DNA of 64,000 bases. Source: Bugula neritina (lineage: Eukaryota; Animalia; Bryozoa). Both the position numbers and the translations under genes were made by a program. This document shows, piece after piece, positions 16,608 through 31,800 of the stretch (its first letter is position 1; every line of letters starts with the position of its first letter). Where the stretch lies: positions 7,052,889 to 7,116,888 of the forward strand of contig OZ037772.1 of assembly GCA_964035545.1 (NCBI GenBank), given 5' to 3'. Under the pieces are notes generated by a model, which had not been told where the DNA came from, did not search any database, and was given only the letters and a program-made list of their open reading frames with translations.

Positions 16608-17430
16608 TCAGTTCTCCTCATACTGCACTTCAAACAGACACAGCTTCTGATCACTCCAACAAGGTACAGCTAATATTCCATCTTGAAAACTGATTACTCC
16701 AACTAACTCTGGCAATTTGTCATGGACCAGCTTTTTGAGTAAAGTACCTGTAAAATACAGAGAATATATTTTTCAGGTTGCGTAAGCCATGCAGTGGTCT
16801 AAGCATTTCTGTAATTTTTAAACCCAATTTTTCATTATGATAGCTTCTTCATGTTTTGACTTGCTGCAGAGATTTTGTTTGATACTGTGGTTATTTTTAT
16901 GTTGAGGACATGAATCAAAGGTAGAGGTGGATTCTTGATTTTGCTTAAAATAAATATTTTTATATGAAAAATATCACCAACTCTGTAGCATGTTGAGTTA
17001 TCTGAATGACTTCAAATTAGTATGAGAGAGTAAATTACCCTCAGGTGAGATGATGTAAATGGCTTTGAAACCATCTGTTGCACCAACGTAGATGAGACCA
17101 TTAGAATCTGTACAGACACTGTAACCATCTGTTACACCATCACATGTCCAGACAGCAGTCAGCATTCCATTCTCTACTTTGTACTTTATCAGTTTATATC
17201 CATCAACTTCTAGCAGATGACCATCTGGTAGAAAGTGTAGACCAACTGGATACACATCAGGATGAATATTCTCTGTCTGTTTAGTGATGAAGTCATAGAT
17301 GATCAGCTGATTAGTATCTGGATGATTCACCACAACATATCTGTCAGAGACTGCCATTCCTGCTACACCAAGACCTGTTCTATCAAACTGAAACAGTTGT
17401 TTTCTCTTTGTGATGTCACCAGCTAAACAC
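16608..17430 (-). pseudogene. Orphan propeller cassette C': 5'-truncated exon 6 and intact terminal exon 7
   Basis: Propeller homology 17430-17039 ends abruptly in a CCA-rich tract with no homologous acceptor; donor intact. Exon 7 at 16747-16608 reads GTLLKKLVHDKLPELVG..FEVQYEEN*. Confidence 0.8.
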
Positions 17431-18532
17431 CACCACCACCGCTACCGCCACTGCCACCACCAATGCAACCAATTTAATCAATGCAACCACCAGCTACATA
17501 AAATGATGTACTGCACTATTATAGCACAAGCACTTATAACAAATGCTGCAAAGCATCTTACGTTAAAATATTATGGCTATACTTCATAGATTGAAAATAT
17601 ATTTATGTGAAAAGTAGTTGAGTACTGTATAGTATTAGAGCTAATAATTCAGATAATATTTATTTTTCCTGAAGTTATCTGCCCCTGCATACTCAGAATA
17701 TTTGTTTCTGTTGTGCTGTTATCACTTTTTCGTCAGCTATAGTTTAATCAGTTTATCTTGTCTTTGAACTTGTGCACTCCAACGATATTCTAGTAAAGCA
17801 CATGCTGCAAACCACCGAGGTCAAAGTGCATACATATAAGTTGTTTTTTCCAATATGCTTAAACCAAGTATCATTAAACAGAACTGTGATGTTTAGATAA
17901 TGATGATATTTATAAGTAAAAAGCTAAAGAAAGTTTAAAAAATTGTTCGATATATAATTCAGAAGAAAATCCCATATATAGAGTTGTGGCTCTATTTCAC
18001 TAATGACATGCAAAGACAATTTAGTTTTTATTGATTCCATAATTTGTGTAGAAACATGTCAACAGTCAATATTGCTAATAAGTTAGTTATTTGAAATCCA
18101 AAAATAAAACTTCCAACATTTGTGAAAAAATGATGAAACTAGCATTCTATGTTAAAAGTCGCCAGCAAACAGAGCAACCAGTTCATTATATTATATGGTC
18201 TATTGTGAGTGACAGCATAATATGTTTTTGCAGATGAAAAACGCATTTTATGTCTACAATTTTAAGCCCTGCGGTGAGCATATAAAACTAAAGCAGAAAC
18301 AAAAGTGGTATTCCGTATTTATATAAATGCTACAGAAAATAACTAGCAAATTAAAAAAAACAATATATTAGCGTTGTTAGATACATACTTTTTGTAAAAA
18401 TTTTGCTTCAACATTATTGGTTAATATATAAAATAACCAGTTGCATTGTTCTAAAATTTGGCTACAATTAGAAATAATTAAATATGTATTTGTTGCATTT
18501 TGGTTGTCAATCATCTTTTGTTATCAATTTCA

Positions 18533-21500
18533 TTATTTTGTATTTATTTTAAACAGACGCAGCATATTCTCACTCCAACAAGGTACAGCTAACATGTCAT
18601 CTTTCACACTGATAGCTCCAACAACCTTTGGTAGTTTGTCATGAATCAGTTTTCTGAGCAGTTTACCTACAAAACAATATTAATAATTTTGTTTTCGATA
18701 GCTGTTTCATGGCATGATTCATCTAATACAAACTAGGTCAAAGAGTCAGCCATCATAAAGTGCAGTAAATATAAGTATGTGCGGTTTTAAGAGAAATGTC
18801 ATATGTAATACATACGCTCTTACTTCCTCACAAATATACATATAAAGGAGTAATACTATGTGATAATTTTAAAAAAAAATTATGTATCAATTATCATATG
18901 ATCGGCCACTCAGCGTACTCTACATTAATCTCAGCAATATTTCCACAAAATTTTTTTATTTGCTTCATAAGTAAAATAAGAGCTGAAACTGATAGCAAAA
19001 AACATCAACATAATTATGTGGTATAAAATGGATAGTCTATACCTATACAAATGAGTGAGTGAATACAGAGGTGGCATGCAAAAAGTAGGGAGGGATATTT
19101 TACTGCAGCTTTAATTATATATTATATAATAGTATAAATTCAATGCAATAATTTTCAAAACATAATCTTACCCATTGGAGAGATAATGTAGCATGTTTTT
19201 ATGTTGTCTGCGAAAACATAGATGAGACCATCAGAATCTGCACAGACACTGTAACCATCTGTTACATCATCACATGTCCAGACTGTAGTCAGCTCTCCAT
19301 TCTCTACTTTGTACTTCATGAGTTTGTCTCCACCAGCTCCTAGCAGATGACCATCTGGTAGAAAGTGTAGACCAACTGGATACACATTAGGATGAATAGT
19401 CTCTGTATGTTTAGTGATGAAGTCATAGATGATCAGCTGTGTGGTATCTGGATGACTTGCCACAACATATCTGTCAGAGACTGCCATTACTGCTACACCA
19501 AGACCTGTTCTATCAAACTGAAACAGTTGTTGTCTCTTTGTGATGTCACCAGTTAAACACATCTCTACCTTAGATATGTCACCTTCTCTGTGTAGAATGA
19601 AGACATTCTGAGGAGTCTCAATCACTCCTGTTACTCTCTTCTCACTTGTACTGTATTCACTCAGCTCATTACCATCTCTACTCAATAACTCTATTCTATT
19701 AGCAGTACCTATGAGTATGTCACCATCTTGTCTGTGATGAGCTACCACACACTGACCATCTGTCTCATGTTCAGATATGAATGTCAGTGAAGAAGGAAAT
19801 GTTACTAGACTGACATTCAACAGTCTACTTGTGTTTTGACCTGTAAAATGCTATATAGTGTTAATCACTTAATATGTTTATTAGAAATCAATTTTTATTA
19901 GAAAGTATATTTTATTTTTTCAAAAATGTTTCCTGATTTTATGATGGTTAGAATAAATCTATAAATAAGAAAATGAGATAATCATCTGATGTAATTGCTA
20001 CAAAAGTTGTACATTTTTGCTTATATATGCTTGTAATTATTAAAGATTAAATACATGTGTGTACATGCATATAATGTGCATGTCAGGTATATGCGTATGT
20101 ACTGCAGTATGTATTTATGTATGTGTTTAAATGTGTGTGTGCGTGTGCACTTCGTATAATATAGTAATGCATATAATGGTTTGGCAGGAGATATTAAGTT
20201 AAAACGCTGCTCGTCATATACAACGAAAAAATAATAATTTATTGATACTGTAATTTTTTAACTTCAATAAACAAACTGCAAAGTGAATTATCGACATGAT
20301 TTAAAGTAAAAGTTATTGTCATGCAGTAGAGGCTACACATGGAATGTAATGACTAACAGTTGTAGGTCTCTAGCAGCTTCTTTGAGAAATAATTATGGTC
20401 TTTCAGCATATATAGTGTGCGAATATAATTTGCTGCTCAATGCAGCATATAATTGTATGTAGGTAGTGATATAAAATACATATTACTTCATCGTTTATAA
20501 TGTACCATAATAATATTTGGTAAGTCATCATTTTGAGAGAGCCAACTAACTGGCAGATGTTCTCTAATTGTTATAGTCAAGATATTTTCGAAAATAAAAA
20601 CTTCACAAACCTGTATTAATTACAGTTGGTGGATCAATAAGTTCACAATCATCCAGTTTTTCTGCATCATGTCTGTTCATCTCTTCTGTTATTCTCTTCT
20701 TCTGTCTGATCTTCTCAGTCACATGACCATCTTTCAGCAGACGATGTACCTCAGCTTGTGTCTTCTCCAACCCATCTTTCTTCAGCATCAGCTTGTTGTA
20801 GAAATCTTCCACTTGATTGGTCACCTTAGCCTTGTGGTTTATAACTCTGTCAATCAGCTCTTGACTCTCATTAGTTAGTCTTTGGATCTAAAATGTTGCT
20901 GCTGTGTAAACAAGATATGCATTTCAAAAAACAATTTAATTGGTTTATATGTTTATATGAACGAATTTTGACTTAATTACATTTTCAGCTTGTTTTAAAG
21001 CTCAGACTTTATATCGCAAACTTTGATCATTTCAAAGAAAAGTTCTTTAATCGCAGAAAATTTTAATTTTCAGTGAGAAATGATTCTTTTAATATTTATA
21101 CAGGTCTTTCTGTCTAATTTGAAAATATTTAGCAAAAATACAAAATCTCTGGAGATGAAATGTTCAATTTGAATTTATACATTTCTGGATTAGTTTCTAC
21201 TGAAGGGTTTATTGAGAAAGTTTGTTTGGGTTCAGTGAAGATACTTTTTTTTCACCCACAAAACTTCCATTTTAGTTTATTGGCTAACAATGAATAGTTT
21301 TTTAGTTGTCACAAATAAATTCTGCATTCTAGTATATGTATGAAGCATTTATTCCTGTATTTTATAAGTGTTGCTGTCTAATTTTAGAATATAGTATCAT
21401 GGTAATCAATTTTCAAGAACAAATCACCATTAATTGTTATATATTAAAAAGATGCAAAATATACTATTACAAATAATTTATTATCACTTTGTTTAGTAAG

Positions 21501-23743
21501 CCAAACTTGTGTGAAGTTTTATATAGCTATTACGGATTTCAAAGACCTAATAAGAATATATATAAATATGCAAGATAGCGATATTAAATTTATTACACAT
21601 TGTTAATGTTGACCTAAATTTTTTTCTAAAGTTTAATCATTTGAGGATACGTACACTTTCAAAAATGTTGGTGTTTTAAAAATGAATCACAAAAAGAAAC
21701 TACAACTACACAGGATAGTTAAGGGCATCCTCACTAAGAATATCATAAATTTCTCCCAAAATGTAGTTTAGGTTCTTGAATAATACTACTCTGCGGGTGG
21801 CATGCGTGTTGCCTACTTGCAATTGTTTAGCCTAAGATCAAACTACAACCAATAAGCAGCAACCTTCATTAGGGCTGCGTTATCTATCAACATTCCATTA
21901 TAGGAGCTACATAAACAAAGTACCAAGCAAGCTATTCATTATAGCCTGCCAGCTAGCAAGCCTGTAATTAGCATGTACGCGCCAATATCTTCTCATCCCT
22001 ACGTGCTCATTGAAGCGTGAAGCACTGCGCGCTGCTAATTTACTATGAAAAAATATGGCATTTTCAGTGTATAAATCACCAATTTGTGGGCAATCTAGAA
22101 GAGTTATTGGAAAAAGAAAAAAACTTACCCTGGAGAAATATCTCAGGATTCCAGCAGTGCAATTTTCATTCAGATATCATGCTTTGCTGCTGAGATATTT
22201 TACTGGTACTGAAAAGTCAGCTTTTCAGGCAAAATTGGCCAAAATTGGGCAGTTTTTTGTCTATAACTTTGCAAAAAAAATTAAAATTGAAATTTCCAAA
22301 AAAGTTACCCTGGAGAAAAAGAAGATCTACAGCATAGTTTTTAAATTTTGACTCTAGCACAATTAGGTGAGATTTTATTTTACTGGTACTGAATTCTTAT
22401 ATGATTACAATGCAAACCTCAGCAAGGCAGTTGCAGCTAAAAAGTTGCCCTTAACTATCCTGTGTAACCACTCACCATCTCATCTCTAACTGTCTCTATC
22501 TCTTTTATAACATCTGAACATTTCTGTTCTTGATCATCAAGATCATTCCAAACTTTCTTGTCCAAAGAACTTATCTTGGTAATCTTTTCAGCAATTACTT
22601 TCAGCTGACTGGAAAAGTAGGTGTTCACCTCTTCTTTCAGTGATGTGAGAGATTTAAAATCATGTTTTTCTTGATCTAGAAAAAGAAATATAATGCTGAA
22701 TGTATAGTAATCAATCAGAAACTGAATGCCAAAATTTACATACAAACAGCAAACAAAGCTCATCACCCTATATATACTGCATTTCCATTTTTAGTATTTT
22801 TGACACCCAGCAAAACGTAAAAGGAAAGTGTCTAGTATAAATTTCCATCACTAACTTGCGAACATCTTAAGTAATTGATTATTCATTTAAGTATAACTGT
22901 AAAGTAAATTATTTAAGAGCAGTTTGGCTGGAGCTAGGGCTTATCAAACCTGAATCATAAATTTGTCAAATAGTCTTGTAAATCTACACAACAACAGCAT
23001 GAGCTCATAGGAAGTTTTCACAAAATACTGTTAAATTGAAAGATAAACTGCATTGCTAACACAATTTGTTTTTAGCTGCACTACACACTTAATGTTCATC
23101 TACAGATCAGTAAATGACAAAAAATCTGGCAGCTTTAGCTTTATAATGATTTTAGCTTATTAAGATAAGCTGCAAAAACTATAATATAGCAATTTTGTTA
23201 TTTATTTTAAGTGAAATTACTCTGTATTTTAACCATGGAGCAATACTTTTAATTTTATTTTTCTGTTTTATATGTGAACACTATGTTACATACTTGTGCA
23301 GTCATATCCGTCAATCTCACACTCAAAGCAGATCAGTTTGTCACATTTCTTACAAGCTCTCACGAGAACCTCTTGATGATGTTCACATGTTGGTTTATCA
23401 TAGCTAGCAGGTGATCTCTTGTAGACATCAATGTCCACTTCTTTGTGAGACTCACCATAAATTAGTTTGTGTGCCTAAAATTGAAAAAAACTTTGTTGGA
23501 ATCTAACATGAATAGGTAACCACATAACTCCAATATTTTTATTTGAAGCAGCATCAAAAGTGGGAAATTAAAAAAATGTAAAAGAAAGTTGACACACAAT
23601 GCACATATACATATATAATTGCACAAATGTCTCCACATATACATGCTCTTGTGCATTTGCATGTGTTTGTGCATGTGTGTGTGCATGTGTGTAGCAATTG
23701 TGTATAATTCACATACTATATAGGTGTGTGTGCGTGTGTGTAT

Positions 23744-23774
<31 letters not shown>

Positions 23775-23805
23775 CATGTGTGCGTGTCTGTGCGTGTGTG
23801 TGTGT

Positions 23806-23859
<54 letters not shown>

Positions 23860-24680
23860 ATGTGTGTGTGTGCGCATGTGTGTGTAGCTTTTGAGTGTAA
23901 CATCTAAAAAAATTTTTATAAAGGTGCTCGTATACATCATTTTACCTGTTGATGTTGAAAACAAAACCGGTATTTACAGGTAACACAGTATCGCACTGCG
24001 GCCTGGCCTTGACATCCATGAGCTGTACAGTAGAGAGTACTAGAGTCACCAGTTTCAATAGAAACCTTCGGTAATTCTTCAAACTCCAGTGAGCCATACA
24101 CTTCTCTGTAATAATTTTATTACAGCCCATTTTTCCAGTTTAATTCATGACAATCCATATAACGTGAAAAATTCCAAAAGAAATATACAAATGACTTCTA
24201 GGCTGGACTTGAATACATGACCACCATTAGCAATAAAATTATAGAAATTATTGCTATCAGCATGGCTTTAAAATTGAATAATTTCTTTTATTAGCAATGA
24301 ATATGAAAAGCTTAGAACCACCATTATTTGTGAAGCTTTTGCCGCATTACATCTTTTGAGATGACAATACATGTAATTATTATTAATAAAGATGAGCTTG
24401 CAGAGTATCTATAGCACATTCATAATAACTTCAGGAGGCTTTAGAAAATTTAAAATAATTCTTTGGATAAACTTAGAAAATATCATTCTAGTATACGTTG
24501 GATAATTTCTACTCACCCACAAGTAGGACAGGTCACAGTTCTATGTTTACTGTAATGTCCTTGAATACAACTCAAACAGAATACATGCAGACAAGGCAGC
24601 TCTCTGGGATCTCTCATGTCATCCCTCCTAGTGACACAATAACCACACTCATACCATGGTGGGAGTTGCTGGGCAGCCAT
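18533..24680 (-). CDS. TRIM-family gene C, complete (~594 aa)
   Basis: Exons 24680-24517, 24105-23946, 23474-23294, 22675-22476, 20887-20611, 19840-19172, 18666-18533 (TAA). Total 1785 nt, GT-AG, same phases as B. Confidence 0.92.
21709..22464 (+). mobile_element. Non-autonomous TIR transposon (MITE) with CACAGGATAGTTAAGGGCA termini, copy 1
   Basis: 19-bp TIRs and TA duplication. The empty site is visible in gene D intron 4 (gtgagtggtTAgttgtag, ~29704-29721). Confidence 0.92.
23724..23885. repeat. (TG)n microsatellite in intron 2 of gene C
   Basis: Seen directly; paralogous tracts at 28712-28818 and 60549-60712. Confidence 0.96.
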
Positions 24681-24776
24681 CTTGAAGTTTCAACATAAAA
24701 CAAGTTTTATTATGTTGGGGAAAATTATGAGGAGAGATGTACAGTTTTTGCCAGGCATAAGGAGAAAAATAATCAT

Positions 24777-25180
<404 letters not shown>

Positions 25181-25588
25181 ACCCCTAAGCACATGCTAGC
25201 ACACGCATGCACAAAATTACTAATTTCCAAGCATATATAAATTACGAAATAAACAATTATAGATACAGAAATAAATATCTCATAGAACATATTAACTCAC
25301 CATATCTAACACCACACACAATGCTAAAATAGCCTATATACTAAAATAGTTGATAGAAGCTGCCGTGACTTGTCAAATTTACGCAAGTATTAAAAACAGA
25401 GCAAAATCTATTTATTGTGCTTGCTAAACTATAAAGTTTATACATTTCTAGCAGCAAACTAATTAAGCATGCAAAGTTTTTATTATAATGAATAAGCAAC
25501 TAGAAAAACTCAACTGCCAATTTACTACTACACTACCACACCATTTAGTATTTATTAATATGAAACAGAGTAAAGAAGATATGCTTTT

Positions 25589-28031
25589 ACTCACTAGTAA
25601 ATGTAGTAGCTAAAGTTATAGGTGGTTACACTGGAGCAGTAAGTAGTGAAGTAATACAGTGTTTAGTAGGTCAGTATATTAGAGTAGTAAGTAGTGAAGT
25701 AAGCAAAAGGCAGGGAGAGTGACAGGCAGTTTCGCTTGATTGATTCAATGGCATGTGCTCTGAGCATAACCGTAATGTATATGTTAGTACCGCTATAACA
25801 ATATGAGAATATATTACGGAAGAATTATAGGGGATTCCCCCAGGCTGAACATACATTGAAACTGATTTGTGTTTTACATCAACATCCAAAACAGGAAAAT
25901 TACTACTATTAGTATACTATTCTATGAATGTATTTAAACTTCAAACCAATGTAATAATTGAGATACCGATCTACACTGCAAATGAATAATTGATAAGTTT
26001 TAAATTCCCAGCTTTTCATATTCAAAAGCAGTGCATTATTTATCAGTATTTTTATACCAAAACAGAAAATAGTAACATATAATATAGCAAATGTATGTTA
26101 CCTATGCTATCCATATCATAAAACAGTCATGACACACAATTCAGTGCAGGAAAATTGTGTGAGAAAGTTAGTAAATAGAGAAATGAATAATGACATTTAC
26201 CAGCAAGTGACTGCAATAATAATGAGTAACTATAGTACAGGTTCAACTCAGAGAGAATGAGCATGGAATGTCTCTGTAGAGTCTAAGATGACCATTGTTA
26301 TATAATCTAAAGGCATCACTTTTTCTATGGACACACAATAATACCTAAAAACACTGAGTCTAGTTGCTGGATCTCAGATCACAGGTAAGCCAATACATGC
26401 TAATTCACAATCCATCAAAATGGATATCATTCTAGAAAAGGCAACAAAGCACATCGAAGTACAATATGGCAGAAAGAACTATCAAATAATTAGCAACCTA
26501 CATGTTTACATTTTATTACAATGAGCATATACAAAATATGGGCCAGAAACAAAAACTATTTGCTAAAACTTGTTTGTAGCTCTAACTTATCGCCAAGATA
26601 AAGATATAGCAGAATGAACTAGCCTTTACAAACCTTTTCAATTGGTGATGTAGTATGTAGTGTTTAGTTATACTAGAGTAGTAAGTAGTGAAGTAATACA
26701 GTAGTTAGTAGGTCAGTATACTAAAGTAGTAAGCAGTTAAGTGAGCAAAGGGCAGGGGGGGTCACAGGCAGTTTCATTTCAGCATTTTCATAGCCTTTGC
26801 TCATTTGCAACCCATATATAAAGACTACACAGTCAGCTATTGATATTTATAAAAAATCATGGTTTCTACTCACCTTTGTATGCAATAATTCAGTAGTTAT
26901 AGTAGGTGGTTGAACTGAAGCAATAAGTAGTGAAGGGAGGCAGTAGTTAGTAGGTGAGTATGCTAGAGCAGTAAGTAGTTAAGTGAGCAAAGGGCAGGGG
27001 GAGTAACAGGCAGTTTCATTTTACTGATTCCATAGCATGTGCTCTGAGCATAACTACATTAGTTGCACTACAACATGAGGGTAGATTACAAAATAACTAT
27101 AGGGGATTCCTCAGGCTAGACAGGCATTGAAACTGATTTGCAATTTGATAACATTCAGCATTCACAAAAAGGAGAATTACTGCTATTAGCATAATATTCT
27201 ATGAACGTAAATGAACCTTAAACTAATGTAATGATTGAGATACTGATCCACAGTGCAAATAAATAATTGATAAGTTTTGAATTCACAGGTTCCCATGTTC
27301 AAAAACGGTGCGCAATTTGTTTGTATTTTTATACAAAAACAGACAATAATTCACCATATCATGTAGCAAACACATGATCTATATGCTATCCATATTATAA
27401 AGCATTCGTGACACACAATGCAGTGCAAGAAAGTTGGGTAAAAGAGCTTACAAATAGATAAATGAATAACGACGTCTGCCAGCAAATGACTACGATAATT
27501 ATGTGTATAATTACAGTAGAGGTTCAACTCAGCGAGAGTGAGCATGAAATATCACCAGGGTGATAATATTTATGCAATTTCTAAAAGCGCATTACTTTTT
27601 ATGGACATTCAATATAACCTAAAAATATCCATCTGTATAAATACTGGTTGAAGCTAGTTGCTGAATCTTACATCACAGCTACGCCAATACATGCTAATTC
27701 ACAATCTATCAAAATGGATTTAATCTTAGAAAAAGCAACGAAACACATTGAGTTACAATATGAGAAAAATAACTTTTTTATCAAATATATAGCACCCTAC
27801 ATGGTTATGCTTTAATACTTAACGAGCATGCAAAATATGTGCCAGCAACAAAAAAGAGTTTCTAAAATTTGTTTGTAGCTCTAACTTATAGCCAAAGTAA
27901 AAGTATATAGCAGACTAAATTGGTCTTCACTCACCTTTTCATTTAGTGATGTAGTAGGTAGAGTGTAGTTATACTAGCGGAGCAGTGTGTAGAGCTGTAA
28001 ACAGAATGAAGTTTCATTTCATCCTACCAAT
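25589..28031 (-). promoter_or_regulatory. Array of four putative promoter/leader-exon modules upstream of gene C
   Basis: Donors next to 25595, 26634 (weak GTTTGT), 26874 and 27935. IRF-type AGTTTC motifs at 25728, 26770, 27012 and 28010. kB-like GGGGATTCCCC at 25830 and GGGGATTCCTC at 27102. ~25590-26700 and ~26870-27990 are diverged tandem duplicates. Confidence 0.58.
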
Positions 28032-28711
28032 CATTTTATATACCCATTGTATATTGTATAATGTGATCAAAGTTCAATTCATCATAATGTTAACATAATA
28101 GGCGTGTAAAAGGTCATGTTTTTGGAACACAGCTTTTTATCATCTATAAACAAATTCCCAAACCTTACAATTACACTTGTGTCATGTGCAAAAACAAAAT
28201 ACATATTAACCGCAGTGAAAATTATATCTACTGTACATCCTTCTTAGTGTAATCTCTGGAATATCATATGCCTATACTCCTGGGTTGTAACAATTATTAT
28301 TTCTCCAACATATTAACTAAGTTGGTGTCAGTTCATTTGTGAAACTGGGTGAGAGGCTCTCTCAAGCAGTTATGTAGTATATACTGTTATATGTTAAGTA
28401 CTTTGATTACTTGGATTAGTTTCCAAGTGCTTATACATTCTCTATCAGAGACAAGCTACCATAATGTATGGTTGGTGAGGCCCTGCTGATATAAAAGTCA
28501 GAGTCGATTGTTCTATATATTTCAAAACTACATGTACACTAAACTAGCAATACTATAAAAAATTTCACAGCTCTTTAGAATATGTAATGTCTACATCTTA
28601 CTCTCTTTATAATAACACAATTGTAGCCAAACTGCTATCAAACTTTCCACTGGTTTATTTATGTAAACTCAAGTTTTTGCATGGTTTACATAGATGTTAC
28701 ACTCAAAAGCT

Positions 28712-28737
28712 ACACACACATGCGCACACACACACAT

Positions 28738-28818
<81 letters not shown>
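28712..28818. repeat. (CA)n microsatellite fused to the truncated exon 3 of gene D
   Basis: Seen directly. Confidence 0.95.
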
Positions 28819-28821
<3 letters not shown>

Positions 28822-31800
28822 GTGAGAGGTTGTAAGAAATGTGATAAACTGATCTGCTTTGAGTGTGAGATTGACGGATATGACTGCACAAGTATGTAAC
28901 ATAGTGTTCACATATAAAACAGAAAAATAAAATTAAAAGTATTGCTCCATGGTTAAAATACAGAGTAATTTCACTTAAAATAAATAACAAAATTGCTATA
29001 TTATAGTTTTTGCAGCTTATCTTAATAAGCTAAAATCATTATAAAGCTAAAGCTGCCAGATTTTTTGTCATTTACTGATCTGTAGATGAACATTAAGTGT
29101 GTAGTGCAGCTAAAAACAAATTGTGTTAGCAATGCAGTTTATCTTTCAATTTAACAGTATTTTGTGAAAACTTCCTATGAGCTCATGCTGTTGTTGTGTA
29201 GATTTACAAGACTATTTGACAAATTTATGATTCAGGTCTAATAAGCCCTTTAGCCAAACTGCTCATTAATAATTTACTTTACAGTTATACTTAAATGAAT
29301 AATCAATTACTTAAGATGTTTGCAAGTGAGTGATGGAAATTTATACTAGACACTTTCCTTTTACGTTTTGCTGGGAGTCAAAAATACTAAAAATGGAAAT
29401 GCAGTATATATAGGGTGATGGGCTTTGTTTGTTATTTGTATGTAAATTTTGGCATTCAGTTTCTGATTGATTACTACATTCAGCATTATATTTCTTTTTA
29501 TAGATCAAGAAAAACATGATTTTAAATCTCTCACATCACTGAAAGAAAAGGTGAACACCTACTTTTCCAGTCAGCTGCAAGTAATTGCTGAAGAGATTAC
29601 TAAGATATGTACTTTGGACAAGAAAGTTTGGAATGATCTTGATGATCAAGAAGAGAAATGTTCCGATGTTATAAGAAAGATCGAGACAGTTAGAGATGAG
29701 ATGGTGAGTGGTTAGTTGTAGTTTCTTTTTGTGATGCATTTTTAAAACACCAAAATTTTTGAAAGTGTACGTATCCTCAAATGATTGAACTTTAGAAAAA
29801 AATTTAGGTCAACACTAACAATGTGTAATAAATTTAATATCGTTATCTTGCATATTTATATATATTCTCATTAGGTCTATAAAATCCGTAATAGCTATAT
29901 ACAACTTCACACAAGTTTCGCTTAAAAAACAAAGTGATAATAAAGTATTTGTAATAGTATATTTTGCATATTTTTAATATATAACAATTAATGTTGATAT
30001 GTTCTTGAAAATTGATTACCATATGATACTATATTCTAAAATTAGAGAGCAACACTTATAAAATACAGGAATAAATGCTTCATACATATACTAGAATGCA
30101 GAATTTATTTGTGGCAACTAAAAAACTATTCATTGTTAGCCAATAAACTAAATTGAAAGTTTTGTGAGTGAAAAGAAAAGTATCTTCAGTGGACCCAAAC
30201 AAACTTTTCTCAATAAACCCTTCAGTAGAAACTGATCCAGATATGTAAAAATTCAAATTGAACATTTCATCTCCAGAGATTTTGCATTTTTGCTAAATAT
30301 TTTCGAATTAGACAGGAAGACTTGTCTAAATATTAAAAGAATCATTTTTCACTGAAAATTAAAACTTTCTGCGATTAACAAACTTTTCTTTGAACTGATC
30401 AAAGTTTGCCATATAAAGTCTGAGCTTGAAAACAAGCTGAAAACGTAATCAAGTCAAAATGAGTTCATATAAACATATAAACCAATTAAATTGTTTTTTG
30501 AAATGCATATCTTGTTTACACAGCAGCAACATTTTAGATCCAAAGACTAACTAATGAGAGTCAAGAGCTGATTGACAGAGTTATAAACCACAAGGCTAAG
30601 GTGACCAATCAGGTGGAAGATTTCTACAACAAGCTGATGCTGAAAAAAGATGGGTTGGAGAAGACACAAGCTGAGGTGCATCATCTGCTGAAAAATGGTC
30701 ATGTGACTGAGAAGATCAGGCAGAAGAAGAGAGTAACAGAAGAGATGAACAGACATGATGCAGATAGACTAGATAACTGTGAACTTGTTGATCCGCCAAC
30801 TGTAATAAATACAGGTTTGTGAAGTTTTTATTAGAAAATATATTGGCTATAACAATCAGAGAACATCCGCCAATTAGTTGGCTCTCTCAAAATAACTTAA
30901 CAAATATTATTATGGTACATTATAAACGATAAAGTAGTATGTATTTTATATCACTACCTACATACAATTTTATGCTGTGAGCAGCAAATTATATTTGCAC
31001 ACTATATATATATGCTGGAAGATCATAATTATTTCTCAAAGAAGCTGCTAGAGACCTACAACTGTTAGTCAATACATTCCATGTGTAGCCTCTACTGCAA
31101 GACAATAACTTTTACTTTAAATCATGTTGATAACTCACTTAACAGTTTGTTTATTGAAGTTAAAAAATTACAGTATCAATAAATGATTATTCTTTCGTTG
31201 TACACAGGATAGTTAAGGGCATCCTCATTAAGAATATCATAAATTTCTCTCAAAATGTAGTTCAGGTTCTTAAATAATATTGCTCTGCGGGTGGCATGCG
31301 TGTTGCCTACTTGCAATTGTTTAGCCTAAGATTAAACTACAACCAATAAGCAGCAACCTACATTAGGGCTGCGTTATCTATCAACATTCTATTATGGGTG
31401 CTACATAAAGAAAGTACAAAGCGAGCCATTCATTATAACCTGCCAGCTATAAGCAAGCCTGTCATTATTATGTACGCGCCAATATCTTCTCATCCCTACG
31501 TGCTTATTGAAGCGTGAAGTGCTGCGCGCTGCTAGTTTCTTATGAAAAAATATGGCATTTTCAGTGTATAAATCACCAATTTATGAGCAATCTAGCAGAG
31601 TTATTGGAAAAAGAAAAAACTTGCACTGGAGAAATATCTCAGGATTCCAGCAGTGTAATTTTTATTCAGATATCATCTTTTGCTGCTGAGATATTTTACT
31701 GGTACTGAAAAGTCAGGTTTTCTGGTAAAATTGGCCAAAATTGGGCATTTTTTTGTCTATAACTTTGCAAAAAATAATGAAAATTGAAATTTCCAAAAAA

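Noticed and set aside
22055-22351. Recurrent 98-aa ORF (also 57356-57652) as a transposase or small gene
   Set aside because: Inside the MITE, no catalytic motif, and the frame is broken in the copy at 31203.
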